Under the pieces are notes generated by a model. The model was not told where the DNA came from and searched no databases. It saw nothing but the letters and a program-made list of their open reading frames with translations. A stretch of 63,912 bases of DNA, counting the filler, from Dimorphilus gyrociliatus (taxonomy: Eukaryota > Animalia > Annelida), in assembly GCA_904063045.1 (NCBI GenBank). It is 7 parts of 7 records of this genome, joined end to end, with 100 filler letters (N's around TTAATTAATTAA, not from the genome) between each part and the next. Parts side by side here need not be neighbours in the genome. Positions count along the whole stretch, not along the records: positions 46,595 to 54,989 come from CAJFCJ010000205.1; positions 55,090 to 60,157 come from CAJFCJ010000005.1; positions 60,258 to 63,912 come from CAJFCJ010000195.1; 4 more parts are not named here. One strand, given 5' to 3'. This document shows, piece after piece, positions 52,301 to 63,383 of this stretch (within the stretch, counting starts at the first letter, position 1; every line of letters begins with the position of its first letter). The translations under genes and the position numbers were made by a program.

Positions 52301-54960
52301 TCTAGTACAAACATTTAAGCAAAACAAATTGAATGTCAGCACAGCAAAATGGGTCATGGCTTTAATGGATTTAAAATTTACAATTAACTATGTAACAGGA
52401 CGAAAAAATAGAGCAGATGCATTAACAAGATTAGAAGAATATACACCTCCAAGGAAAGTAACATTTGAAGAGCTAATTCATGGAAGAATCAAAGAGGAGA
52501 ATTCTCCCTCTATTTCAGTTAAAATGGAACAGTATGAACATACACCAGAGTTAACTTTTGTAGCTACCAGTGATAACAGTGAAAAGAAAATTGATTTGTC
52601 TTCTGTTGACTTACAGTCAGAGCAAGAAAAAGATGTGAATTTAAAATCAATTAAAGAATATTTAACACTGGATGGTCAGCTACCTATTCCTTATTTTGGA
52701 ACTTTTACACCTTTCATAATGGAGATGTTTGTTCACAAGGAAATGATCTGGATTATCCTTGAAGAAAGAAACATTCTGGTTTTACCTGACCATTTGATGC
52801 TAACTCTGCTCCCTAAATTCCATAAAAATAAAATTCACAATCACCATGGACCCAGAATGACATTACAAATAATTACAAAGACCTTTTGGCACCCAAAATT
52901 AAAGATTATGATTGAGAATTCAATAAAGGATTGCACTTTGTGTGAACAAATGAATGGTAGGAGTAAGTAGAGTATACCCTTTGGTAGAAACCTTTCACCC
53001 TGCATCACCAATGGAGTTGGTGGCCATGGATATAATGGGACCCTTACCCATGGTTAAGTCATACAGATTCATACTTGTGATAGTGGATCATTTCAGTAGA
53101 TACACAGTTTTATATGCACTCAAACAGCAAACCAGTAAAGAAATTGCAAACCTTCTTTTCAACAGATTTTTTCCCATTTTTGGAATTCCAAAACAAATGT
53201 TGACAGATCAAGGAAGAAACTTTGTTGGTAAAGCTTTTAAAGAGTTTATGAAGGTATTAGGTATTGAGAAAATCCAAACAACAGCTTATAGAAGCCAGAG
53301 CAATGGACTAGTTGAACGAAGAAATAGAGAAGTGAGGAAGGAAATCAATAAATTAGTGGTGGAAGAAAATCAGCATAACTGGGTTGCAAACCTACCCTTG
53401 ATTCAAGCATTTTTGAATCAATCACCTGTAGGAAGTACAAGACTACACCCAGGAACTTCTTTTTGGCACCAGCACAAGAACACTGATTGATGTAACAATG
53501 CATACTACCTCTCCTGAAACAAATGTACTATTTGTATTCAATCACCAGCAGCAATTAGTACAGTTAAGAGCTACAGCCTTCTGTAAATCCATCATGGCAA
53601 AAGAACAATATAGGGAAAGAAAGAATAGAAATCTCAATCTTCCAAAATATTTTGAGGTTGATGATGAAGTATTCTTAAGAAATGATGCTGCAAGAATTGC
53701 AATAACAAAAATCCCTTCTTTAAAATGGTTAGGCCCATACCGAATAACAAAAGTCAATCATCAAAAGTGGATATATGAAATACAAATGGATGATAATACA
53801 TGCAAGTTGGTACATGGTAGCAGATTAAGACTAGCCAATGAATCTAATAAGTTGGAAACAGGGAAAGAAGCAACAACAATCTTTCACCTTGTGGAGAAGG
53901 AAATAACACACCTCCAATATCTTTCTCAGGTAGAAGGAAGAAATGACTTCCAATTCCGTTTGAAGAATCAAAAAGGCCAAGAAGTCATTGCCTTGTGTGA
54001 CACAGGAGCATTGAGATCCTTTATTACTGAAAAAGAAATCAAGTTAATGGATGTTACAATTATGGATAAAGAAACAATTGGCTTACCAATTATAACTTCA
54101 GCTGATGGGAAAGCTTTAAAGCAAAAAGGAAGCGTAAAGCTGAATATCCAATTTGCTGGAGAAAGTATGGAACAAGAATTTATGTTATGGAAAATCTAGA
54201 CATAGCAATAATACTTGGTTGTGATTTCCTACAAACTGTGGGAGCAAACCTCAATTTTGAAGCTAAACAGTGTTCTCTCAAATTTGATAGAAGGAAAGGG
54301 AACCTGGCTGAAAGAATAAGGCAACCTCAACTAAACAAAGTCACTATAGCCATGATGGGACAGCATGACTCTTCATCAGAAAGCTTCAGATAGTGATGAC
54401 TCAGAGATGGAAGTTACTAATTCTGATACTGGTTATGACACAAGCAATACTTTCAAAACAGACAGTAATTACAGTCTCAATGAACCTTCAAGCTCATCTG
54501 AAAGTGATGACACAGAAACAAATAATGAACTGGATCAAAATACAGATTCAGAGGCAAACATTATCTCTGATAGAGAAGATGAAATACTAGTTCAGACATG
54601 AGTCAATAATTATTGAAAGCGAAATTATTGATATAACCCATTCGGATAATGAGTCAATAATTATTGAAGGTGAAATTATTGACATAACCCATTCAGATAA
54701 TGAGTCCCTCATAGTGGTAGATTCATCCCAAGATGAGAAAGAAAATACAAGTGACACAGACAATGAGTCAGTCATATTTTTTAGATGAGACTAAAATCAT
54801 CTCTGAACAATTAGATTCCCAACAAGAAGTGGAACCACAATATATAGAGTTAGAAGATGGAATAACTATCAGAGTGGAACAACAACACAAAATTTTCAAC
54901 CATTCAACTATAGCCAACACAGGAAGAGCTAACATGAAACAGATGTTTGGCTTCCACTAG
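49395..54960 (+). mobile_element. gag-pol: Ty3/Gypsy gag-pol: Gag (no CCHC), protease 1, RT, RNase H, integrase, GPY/F, protease 2, acidic tail; ~8 single-base indels after 51840
   Basis: DSG at 50622; RT LRMCVDYRKLN and YLDD at 51621; RNase H TTDASNVAVGGVL and KPIAYAS; integrase MDIMGP/TDQG/VER; WLGPY; second DTG at 53999. Domain order PR-RT-RH-IN is Ty3/Gypsy. Confidence 0.93.
54599..54706 (+). repeat. 51-bp (17-aa) tandem repeat in the element's acidic tail
   Basis: TGAGTC starts at 54599, 54650 and 54701; unit encodes NESIIIE(S/G)EIIDITHSD. Confidence 0.9.
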
Positions 54961-54989
54961 TGATGACTGTAATGGTGATCTGTGGCTGC

Positions 54990-55089
54990 NNNNNNNNNNN
55001 NNNNNNNNNNNNNNNNNNNNNNNNNNNNNNNNNTTAATTAATTAANNNNNNNNNNNNNNNNNNNNNNNNNNNNNNNNNNNNNNNNNNNN
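54990..55089. other. Artificial contig spacer
   Basis: N44-TTAATTAATTAA-N44. Confidence 0.97.
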
Positions 55090-55352
55090 GAATATCACTG
55101 TTTTTCAGCTTTCAAGCTTCATTCTAGCTTTTAGTTGCAAAACTCCAATCCTTTTTAAATTCGCTTCCTATTTAGAGCTGGCTTCTTTACAACAATTCTT
55201 CCATTCAACTAATACTTGCATAAAATTTCTATCCTGCAGAAAAAAGTATTCTACGTCACAAACTTCATTTGTAAATCGAAATATTTTGATGTTTAGAAAT
55301 TTTTACCCTTGTAACAAATACTTATTATCTCGACTGTATACATATTTAAATA

Positions 55353-55551
55353 CTTTTCAACAGGTTTCTTGTCCTATACTAAGACTATTGACCTTGATTA
55401 TGGAGTATTTGCTGGTATTATTGGTGGAATGGTACCACGCTGTTCAATGGTTAATCCTCTCATCTATACAGTTATTGATATTATTGATAAAACAAGGATG
55501 AGGAAAATAGAGAATACCAAAAAAACGTTGTCAACAAAGTTTTTTCTATAA
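55353..55551 (+). CDS. Last exon of a class A GPCR (TM7 and short tail)
   Basis: After acceptor TTTTCAACAG: GFLSYTKTIDLDYGVFAGIIGGMVPRCSMVNPLIYTVID (NPxxY motif). Confidence 0.55.
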
Positions 55552-56582
55552 ACCTTTTTTCAAACATATTTTTGAATTCTGTTTTTTCGATTTTACAGGT
55601 TTCAACTTGGACAATTTGAATTTCAGAGAGGAATTTCAAAAGGTTATACCAGTTTTCTTCAATTTATCTTATTCTTTTCACCATCTTTCACCAAAATAAT
55701 TTACTGTTGTATATTTTTGCAACAATCATCAATTTCATTCTCTAATTCATCAACATTGCATTGAAGATGCTGAATTTACAATTACACAGCATCTATATAA
55801 TAATTTTAAATATCTAACACTAATTTTTGACATTACTCAAGCATTCGTTTTTTGCCACGAAAATTCAATAACTTTTGAGAATGAAATTTCCAAGAAAAAT
55901 ATTAAAATTAATGTAATGACGATGATGGTGTTTTTTAAAAAAATAAAATATTTCATTGTCTTTTTTCTTTTTTCACTGAACGTTCAATTCAAAAGGAGAA
56001 AGGAACACTTTGTATAGAATGGAAGAGTTTAGTACTTTTGGACGAGAGAGATTCTTTTTCAATTGGGAAAATTTTTCGAAAAATTTTACAAAAGAAATTC
56101 ACTTTTTTTCCCCAGATTTTGTCATTTCTTGAATAATATTCATTTCTTGTTATTCATCAGAGTAGTATTTTCAATCCTTTTTATTGTTGTATTGCGCCTC
56201 TTAATAGGTTAACATTAGCCATAAAAATGGTAAAAGTACCATATACTACTTGTCCCATTCATATTAACATAATAAAACAACTACAGGTGGCAGCACTCGA
56301 ATAAAAACTAACAGTAACTGCTGGAAACTGGAAATATTTTTCCTATTAAATATTGAAAAGAGCATAGAAGGGATCAATAATATAAATAGCCAATTGGCTA
56401 AGGAATGAATGAATTTCTTTAATAAACAATAAAAGAAATGACATCATTAATTTTAAATTGACGATATTTTACTACAAATACTAAACTATGAATAAGAATT
56501 CAAAGAGAAATGAAAAGCTCTCTATCATTTTACTGTTTCAAACAAATCTATCTCTCTTTGGGAAAATTGATAAATCAAGAAT

Positions 56583-57566
56583 ATGAAATATCTGTTGATT
56601 TTTATATGCTACTTTCTACAACTGTTTAGTTTTCAAATATTTGAAAACTTTTATGAAAGTTGTACTGAAGCTCTAATTGCCAACAATTTTTTAAATTCAA
56701 CATATAAAATTCAACCTATTTCGAATGGAAGAGATTTCAATATTAAGTGTTCATTCAGTCTGAATGATGAATATATAACAGAAATTGATAATGATGTTGA
56801 ACAGAATAAAATTTTTACAGACACAAATTCGGATGAAGAAGTTGTTGCTACAAATATTAAATATCAAGATATGAATAATGTAGAATTAAAGTCGATGATT
56901 GAAGCTTCCGGTTTCTGTTCACAACATATGAAATTAACTGTTAGAAATTCTAAAGCACATCTTTTAATATTTGAATTCTTTGATGGTGTAAATTATACGT
57001 TAAGTGATTTTCAAGATGGTATTTGCAAGTGTCTGACGTCAGAGGTCTGTTTAGAGAAAAAAAACTCAAGTCAAATGTGTATTGATACTGGTTCGGAAGA
57101 TTTTAATCAAATGTATGATTTGGACGGTCAAATTTCTGTTTTACCTAAGCGGTTACCACTAATTAAAACATCTTACGCCGATTTAGACCATCATTCTGAA
57201 TGGATCAAACACTATATAGGCTCTTTGAAGTGTGTCCTAACTGTTGCGAAAATTGTAGCACCTGGCGGATGTTTTGGCAATTCATTTCTTTTACTAGACA
57301 ATGATTTAGATACGTGTATTCAATTTAATACTAAAGCCATTTTCCTTGAAATATCCTATTTTGAACAGTTTGAAATATATTCAAACTCATCTAACGAACT
57401 CAGTATAATATCATATATGAAGACGGAAGACGACAAAAAAAGAATGTGCTTTGAAATTGATAAAAAAACGTTTAAATGTGATTTTAATTCGGAAAAGATT
57501 GTTATTTTTATAACAAACAATGCAGATAATATTTTTAAACTTTGTGAAATTAAAAAAAAACTATAA
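56583..57566 (+). CDS. Secreted intronless protein with a CASPR/neurexin-IV-type fibrinogen-like domain
   Basis: Signal peptide; YESCTE...FNIKC...IKY...LKSMIEASGFCSQ...CKC...C...C...LP...IGSLKC follows the cysteine and motif spacing I recognise from that domain. Confidence 0.55.
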   Translation: MKYLLIFICYFLQLFSFQIFENFYESCTEALIANNFLNSTYKIQPISNGRDFNIKCSFSLNDEYITEIDNDVEQNKIFTDTNSDEEVVATNIKYQDMNNVELKSMIEASGFCSQHMKLTVRNSKAHLLIFEFFDGVNYTLSDFQDGICKCLTSEVCLEKKNSSQMCIDTGSEDFNQMYDLDGQISVLPKRLPLIKTSYADLDHHSEWIKHYIGSLKCVLTVAKIVAPGGCFGNSFLLLDNDLDTCIQFNTKAIFLEISYFEQFEIYSNSSNELSIISYMKTEDDKKRMCFEIDKKTFKCDFNSEKIVIFITNNADNIFKLCEIKKKL

Positions 57567-57644
57567 TTGATTATTGATTGGTCTTCATCAGCCCATACAG
57601 ACAGGACAGACAAAGTCCTCCTGCAGTTGAATTTTGTTACATAA

Positions 57645-59447
57645 TTAATACATAATAAGACATGTTTGGTGTGTTTTTTGAAAATCATACTTTTGTTGAG
57701 AATTTACATTACAACTAGCTAAATTGAGTTCTTTCAAAGTATTGGAAGATGATTGAAGTCCCTTATGAATTATTTCAAATCCTTTTCCTATCTTCAAATT
57801 TGAAGATAAATCAACGTAACGCAATGAAAAACAATGATGGAATGTGTCTCCTAAATATTTCACATTTTCATCATCTAATTTACACAAACGTACATTTATT
57901 TGTTTTAAAGTTTTTGAACAGGAAATGAGCTGTTTAAAAACAGTTTTAAATCCATTTCCCCCCTCTTCATTCGAAGATAAATCTACATTTTCCAACAAAG
58001 AACAAAGGCGAAACATAACTCCTAGACATTCCATTTGCTCGACGCTTAGACTACAATACCCAACATTAATCTGCCTTAAAGACTTTGCTGATGATTTGAG
58101 TCCTTTACAAATCATTTTAAATCCATATCCAATGCATAGATTTGAAGATAAATCAACCTTTTTCAAAGAAGAACAAAGATGAAATGTTTTGCCTAAATAT
58201 TTCATTTGTTCATCATTTAAATTACAATAACCCAGATTAATTTCTTTTAAAGTTTCACAACAAGATTCCAAACATTTACAAAGAGTTTGAAATTCATTTC
58301 TCATATCTTCATTTGATGATAAATTAACATTTTCCAATGATGAACAAAGTTGAAATGTTCCTTGAAGATGTTGTAATTGATTATCATTTAATTTACAAGA
58401 ACCTAGATTAATAGATTTTAAATTTTTGGCAGAAGATTTTAATCCATGACAAACAAATTTAAATCCATTTCCCATCTTGTCATTTGAAGATAAATTAACA
58501 TTTTCCAATAAAGTTAATTCTTCAAATGTTTCTCCTAAGTATTTTATCTGTTCATTAGATAAATAACACCATTCTAAAGTGATGATTTTTAAAGTTTTAG
58601 AAGATGATTTCAATCCTTGACAAATTATTTTAAATCCATTTCCCATTTTTTGATTATTGGATAAATCAATATTTTCTAATGATGACAATTCTTCAAGTGT
58701 TTCCTCTAAGCATTTTACTTGTTTTTCATTTAATTTACAAGATCCTAGACAAAGTTTAGTTAAAGTTTTGGATGAGTTCTGCAGTCCTTTACAAATCATA
58801 TTGAATCCATATGACATATATGAATTTGAAGATAAATCAATATTTTCCAAAGAGGAGCAAAATTCAAAAGTTTCACCTAAAAATTTTGTCTGATTCTCAT
58901 TTAAATTGCAATAACGTAAAGTAATATACTTTAAAGTTTTTGAAGATGATTTTAATCCTTTGCAGATCGTTTTAAATCCTTTACCCATGTGTTGATTATT
59001 GGATAAATCAATATTTTCCAATGATGAACAATGATTGAATATTTCTCCAAGATTTATTGATTCTTCATCAAGTAAACAAGACGAATGAATACGAATTGTA
59101 TTTAATGTATTAGAAGAGGATTCCAATCCTTTACATATCATTTTTAAGCCATTTCTTGTATTAGAATTAACAATTATATCAACATTTTCCAATGAAATAC
59201 ATTTTTCCAATGTTTCTCCCAAACATCTTTCTTCTTCATCATTCATAGAATACAAATGCAATTTAAGTTGTTTTAATGTATATGAAGAGAATTTTATTCC
59301 TTCACAAATTATCTTCAATACAGATTCCATGTTTTTTGGCAATCTGCCAAAAAGAAAAAAAAATTTAGATTTTTTATACCTTCTTTTTCTAAGATAAATA
59401 GTTCCTTGATTGATTGAATAATTTTTATAATTTTCTTCGAAATTCAT
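57645..59447 (-). CDS. RI-type LRR protein (57-aa repeats), probably the LRR part of an NLR-like gene
   Basis: 600-aa ORF of repeated LENxDLSSNxxMGxGFxxICxGLxSSSKTLKxIxLxxCxLxxxQxxxLGETF; splice-like signals around the 5' end. Confidence 0.85.
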   Translation of the reverse strand: MNFEENYKNYSINQGTIYLRKRRYKKSKFFFLFGRLPKNMESVLKIICEGIKFSSYTLKQLKLHLYSMNDEEERCLGETLEKCISLENVDIIVNSNTRNGLKMICKGLESSSNTLNTIRIHSSCLLDEESINLGEIFNHCSSLENIDLSNNQHMGKGFKTICKGLKSSSKTLKYITLRYCNLNENQTKFLGETFEFCSSLENIDLSSNSYMSYGFNMICKGLQNSSKTLTKLCLGSCKLNEKQVKCLEETLEELSSLENIDLSNNQKMGNGFKIICQGLKSSSKTLKIITLEWCYLSNEQIKYLGETFEELTLLENVNLSSNDKMGNGFKFVCHGLKSSAKNLKSINLGSCKLNDNQLQHLQGTFQLCSSLENVNLSSNEDMRNEFQTLCKCLESCCETLKEINLGYCNLNDEQMKYLGKTFHLCSSLKKVDLSSNLCIGYGFKMICKGLKSSAKSLRQINVGYCSLSVEQMECLGVMFRLCSLLENVDLSSNEEGGNGFKTVFKQLISCSKTLKQINVRLCKLDDENVKYLGDTFHHCFSLRYVDLSSNLKIGKGFEIIHKGLQSSSNTLKELNLASCNVNSQQKYDFQKTHQTCLIMY

Positions 59448-59783
59448 CTAAAAACATTTAAAAATTTAATAATCTTTACCTACAAACCAAAAATTGAAAA
59501 TATTTTCAATAATCTACAAGTGATAAGGTGTTGAGCAGCCTATAAAACAATATCTATGGACAATATATATATTTTCATTTGGAAACACATTCCATTGAAA
59601 GAAAGTGTCCATAATCAGATAACAATATTTTGGATAGAGAGATAATTTAGACAGCTCTTAATAGCATCTAGAATAATCAATAGACAATATAACTAGATTT
59701 ACATGGAAAGCAAAGATTTATGGACGTTTTTTTTATTTTCTATCTATTGATAGACACGTGATAATACATTGCCAAGAGAACAT

Positions 59784-60157
59784 TGTACAACTTTGGTTAT
59801 ATTTTACATGCTTGAACTCTATTATTTGATGCAACATATACATGTACATCTTAAAACCTACACAAGAAAATGCTATAACATTGGCCAAACATAAGTCTGA
59901 TTAGTCAGCTTGAAGGCTCATCTTTAATTACCAATAAAGGTTTGGCCAAGTTATAATTTAATTAACTTGCCTAGGGTGTGGCCAAGTTTTAATTCAATTA
60001 ACCTTCCTAAATGTTCAACCTTGTAACATCCTCTTACTAAACATAAATATGAACTACACATTTTGGCAACTGTAAAGTGATGATTGGATGTCAGAGGCAA
60101 ACCTCAAAGTATATAAGTCCTCACTATTCTCATTTGGCATGCAGCTTCCATCTGGAC
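59784..60157 (+). mobile_element. LTR of the same Gypsy family (copy F), truncated at contig end
   Basis: Starts TGTACAACTTTGGTTATATTTTACATGC, as at 48706. Confidence 0.92.
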
Positions 60158-60257
60158 NNNNNNNNNNNNNNNNNNNNNNNNNNNNNNNNNNNNNNNNNNN
60201 NTTAATTAATTAANNNNNNNNNNNNNNNNNNNNNNNNNNNNNNNNNNNNNNNNNNNN
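60158..60257. other. Artificial contig spacer
   Basis: N44-TTAATTAATTAA-N44. Confidence 0.97.
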
Positions 60258-60599
60258 CCTTTGGACTTGGCTATCTACAAGGATTATCCCTCTCTACCAC
60301 AATGCTCAAAAATATCTTCAAAGAAAATGTCCTGTGATATGTGTTGTAAAATTTTTTTGTTTATACAATGTTTTACTTGAAACAAATATACCTGTGTGAC
60401 TTGAAAATATCAATGTGCCAATAAAAAAGTGAACTTACATGTTGTGCTAAAAAATTAAAAAATAAATGTACATTTTGTTTTTTTTAAATTGAAAAAAAAA
60501 CATATATGAATTGTGATAAAAAACAAATATCTCTTCAAAAGATGTAACAGATTAAAATCTAAAAAAAATGTTTTTCTATGGCTTTAAAATTATACAAAA

Positions 60600-61620
60600 C
60601 TTTAATGCCAAATATCTCAAAAATGATAAAAGATAATTAAATTCTGTAAAAAGATTTAGGATTGTCAGGTGTAAATTAGTCTATATACAAAATTTCCAAA
60701 CTCTATCTTAATTAATAACAAAGTTAATTTTTGTATGACGAATGTTTTGTATTGGCTTAGAAGCCAAAATATAGACCAAACTTTATGGCTCCATAACTCA
60801 TGAACCACAAAAGATAATTGAATTCTGTAAAAAGATTTGACATCTGCATAACGATATTGAGCTATATCTCGATTTTCAAATTCCTACGTTTACAAATAAC
60901 AAACTTAGTTTTTACATGACGAATATTTCTTATATAGGCTTGAATGACAAAATACTGACAAAACTTTACGGTGCCATAACTCTTGACTGGTAAAAGATAA
61001 TTGACTTCTGTAAAAAGATTTGACATCAGCATAACAAAATTGAGCTATATATTGATTTTCAAATTCCTACATTTATTAATAACAAAGTTAGTTTTTACAT
61101 GACGAATATTTATTGTATAAGTTTTTATGCCAAAATATTAACCAAACTTTACAACGCCATAGCTCTTGAACTATAAGAGATAATTGAATTCTGTAAAAAG
61201 ATTTGTGATCAGTGTACCAATTATAATTTTTATACCAAGTTTGAAAGTTCTACATCTTATAATAACAGAGTTATTTTTTGTATGACGAATGTTTTGTATG
61301 AACTGTATAGATGATATTTAATAGTGAAAAGTTTACGGTGCCATAACTTTTTAACTGTAAGAGAGAATTGAGTTCTGTAAAAAGATTTATTATCGATGTA
61401 GAGATATCAGCCTATATACCAAATTTCAAATCTCTATGTTATGTAATAACAAAGTTAGTTTTTTTCTGCCAAGTATCTAATACATAGGCTTTTATGTAAA
61501 CATTATAATGGTGCTATAACTTTTGAACTATAAAACATTTACTGAATTCTGTAAATGGATTTGAAATCATTATATAAATATCAGTGAATGCATTGAATTG
61601 AAAAATTGTATGTTGATTAT
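60600..61620. repeat. Diverged satellite-like array, ~6 units of ~182 bp
   Basis: TTCTGTAAA core at 60642, 60823, 61006, 61189, 61373 and 61547; recurring (G/C)CCATAACT-like and TGACGAAT motifs. Confidence 0.85.
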
Positions 61621-61767
61621 TGACAAATGTAAAATTTTGCACAAGTATTTTTTAAATATTCAACTGTACTCTTGTTTGAAAATGTTTGTTTTATTAACAT
61701 TTTAAGAGACATTTGCACATACAAGTTTACCAGAGAAACAACATAAAGAAATAAAAAATGACAATAT

Positions 61768-62407
61768 TTACACTAATTTCCTTTCCAAAAAAATATGATT
61801 AAACAATTTAAGAAGCTTAGTCTGCTCTTTTTTATATTTACTTAGTTTAAAATCAAGGAAGTGAAAGCCATTCCAACTTAAATAATTTTCTATATGAGTT
61901 GGAAAGAACTGTTTGAAAAAGTAAATATCTTTAGGCATGTCACATTTCAACTTTAAAAAGTCAATCATTTGAAACTTAAGTTTTTTTGGAAAATTTTGGA
62001 GTAAAGCTATAACTTTTTTATCCTGCAAAGGCCAGTGAAGAAGTAAATATGGAAAAGCATTGAATGATAATTTTTTGAAAACCAATACTTGAACATTCTT
62101 AATATTGTTATATTTTTTGAAAATTTTTGTAAAGTCTTGTACTTTGAGAGAATTGAAATAATCAGTTATAATTATAATATCAGAATTAAAATTTAAGGTT
62201 GTAGGTTGGAATGTTTTTAAGACTCTTCTTTGTTGATCCTTTGATATAAAGCCTTCAATTTCTTTAACAAAATTAAAAGATCTGAAATTTAAATAGTTGT
62301 TATTGTCAAAATTATAAAACCTTTCATTTTCAGATTTTAATTTTTTTAAATGTTCAGATGATGTTGTTGTTGTTGTAGATGTAGATTCAATAGTTGTATT
62401 GGATAGC

Positions 62408-62444
<37 letters not shown>

Positions 62445-62967
62445 GCTCTTTTTCTCCTTCTTCTTCTTCATCAAAATATCTATCTTTAATTTCAGATATT
62501 ATATTTTCAAACAGTTCTGCTCCCTCCATTACATTTGGTTTAGTTTTCAAAACTTGATATGTAATATATCTTATTGACTTTTCCAGTTGTCCCCAGCTTT
62601 CAGGTGTTTTAAGAAGAGGTTTCAAATAGAAAAATTGATTTAAATCTACCTGCTGTCTGTAATAATTCTTCATTTCAATATTAACATTTTCTTGAAATAT
62701 TTCAAAATGGTTTTTGATTCTATCATAAAGTCTTTTGTTTTCACTGATTTTTACATTTCCAAGTAGAGGATATTTTAAAATATGATTATTGAAAATAGTT
62801 TCAAAAGATTTTCCAAAATTGTTGTTTGTAGAATTGAAAACAATTAAAAATATGTGTTTGATTTGAATTAAAAGGTTACTATAAGTATAGTTGATGAAGG
62901 TAGGATATATTCCTTTTATGTGGGGATATCTTTGAAATGTCATATTCAATGTCTGTGATAAAAGCAT
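61768..62967 (-). CDS. Intronless 399-aa orphan ORF with poly-Glu/poly-Gln/poly-Thr tract
   Basis: Long ORF in AT-rich DNA; (CAA)n encodes the Q run; no recognisable domain. Confidence 0.6.
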
Positions 62968-63383
62968 TGAGTTATATATATATATATATATATATATTGT
63001 AATACTTAGAGAAATAATAACACATAATCAAGTTGACTAAATACTGTACTTATATTTTGTTGTCTCCTGTTGAAAGAAGCTTGTTCAAATGACTTTGTCC
63101 AAACATTGTTTGGTTTTAAACATGGTGAAAGAGGGTAAAAGTTGACCTATAGAGAACTTTACTTAAAACTAGAACATGTCAACCTAGAACATTGTATATA
63201 ACTAAGTATATATATAAAACAATAACATATTACATAAGAGAAAACCTCCAGAAGACCCTCTAATCATGTTTCCAAACCCTAATTAACTAACAATAATACA
63301 CTAAAAACATTTTAAAACAAGGGCCAATTCAGTTTATACTTGGACTTTAGCAAGGATTGACTGAATAATTGCTCTAAAAAATA

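Noticed and set aside
54300-54960. env gene
   Set aside because: No signal peptide, furin site or transmembrane helix; the sequence is acidic and low-complexity.
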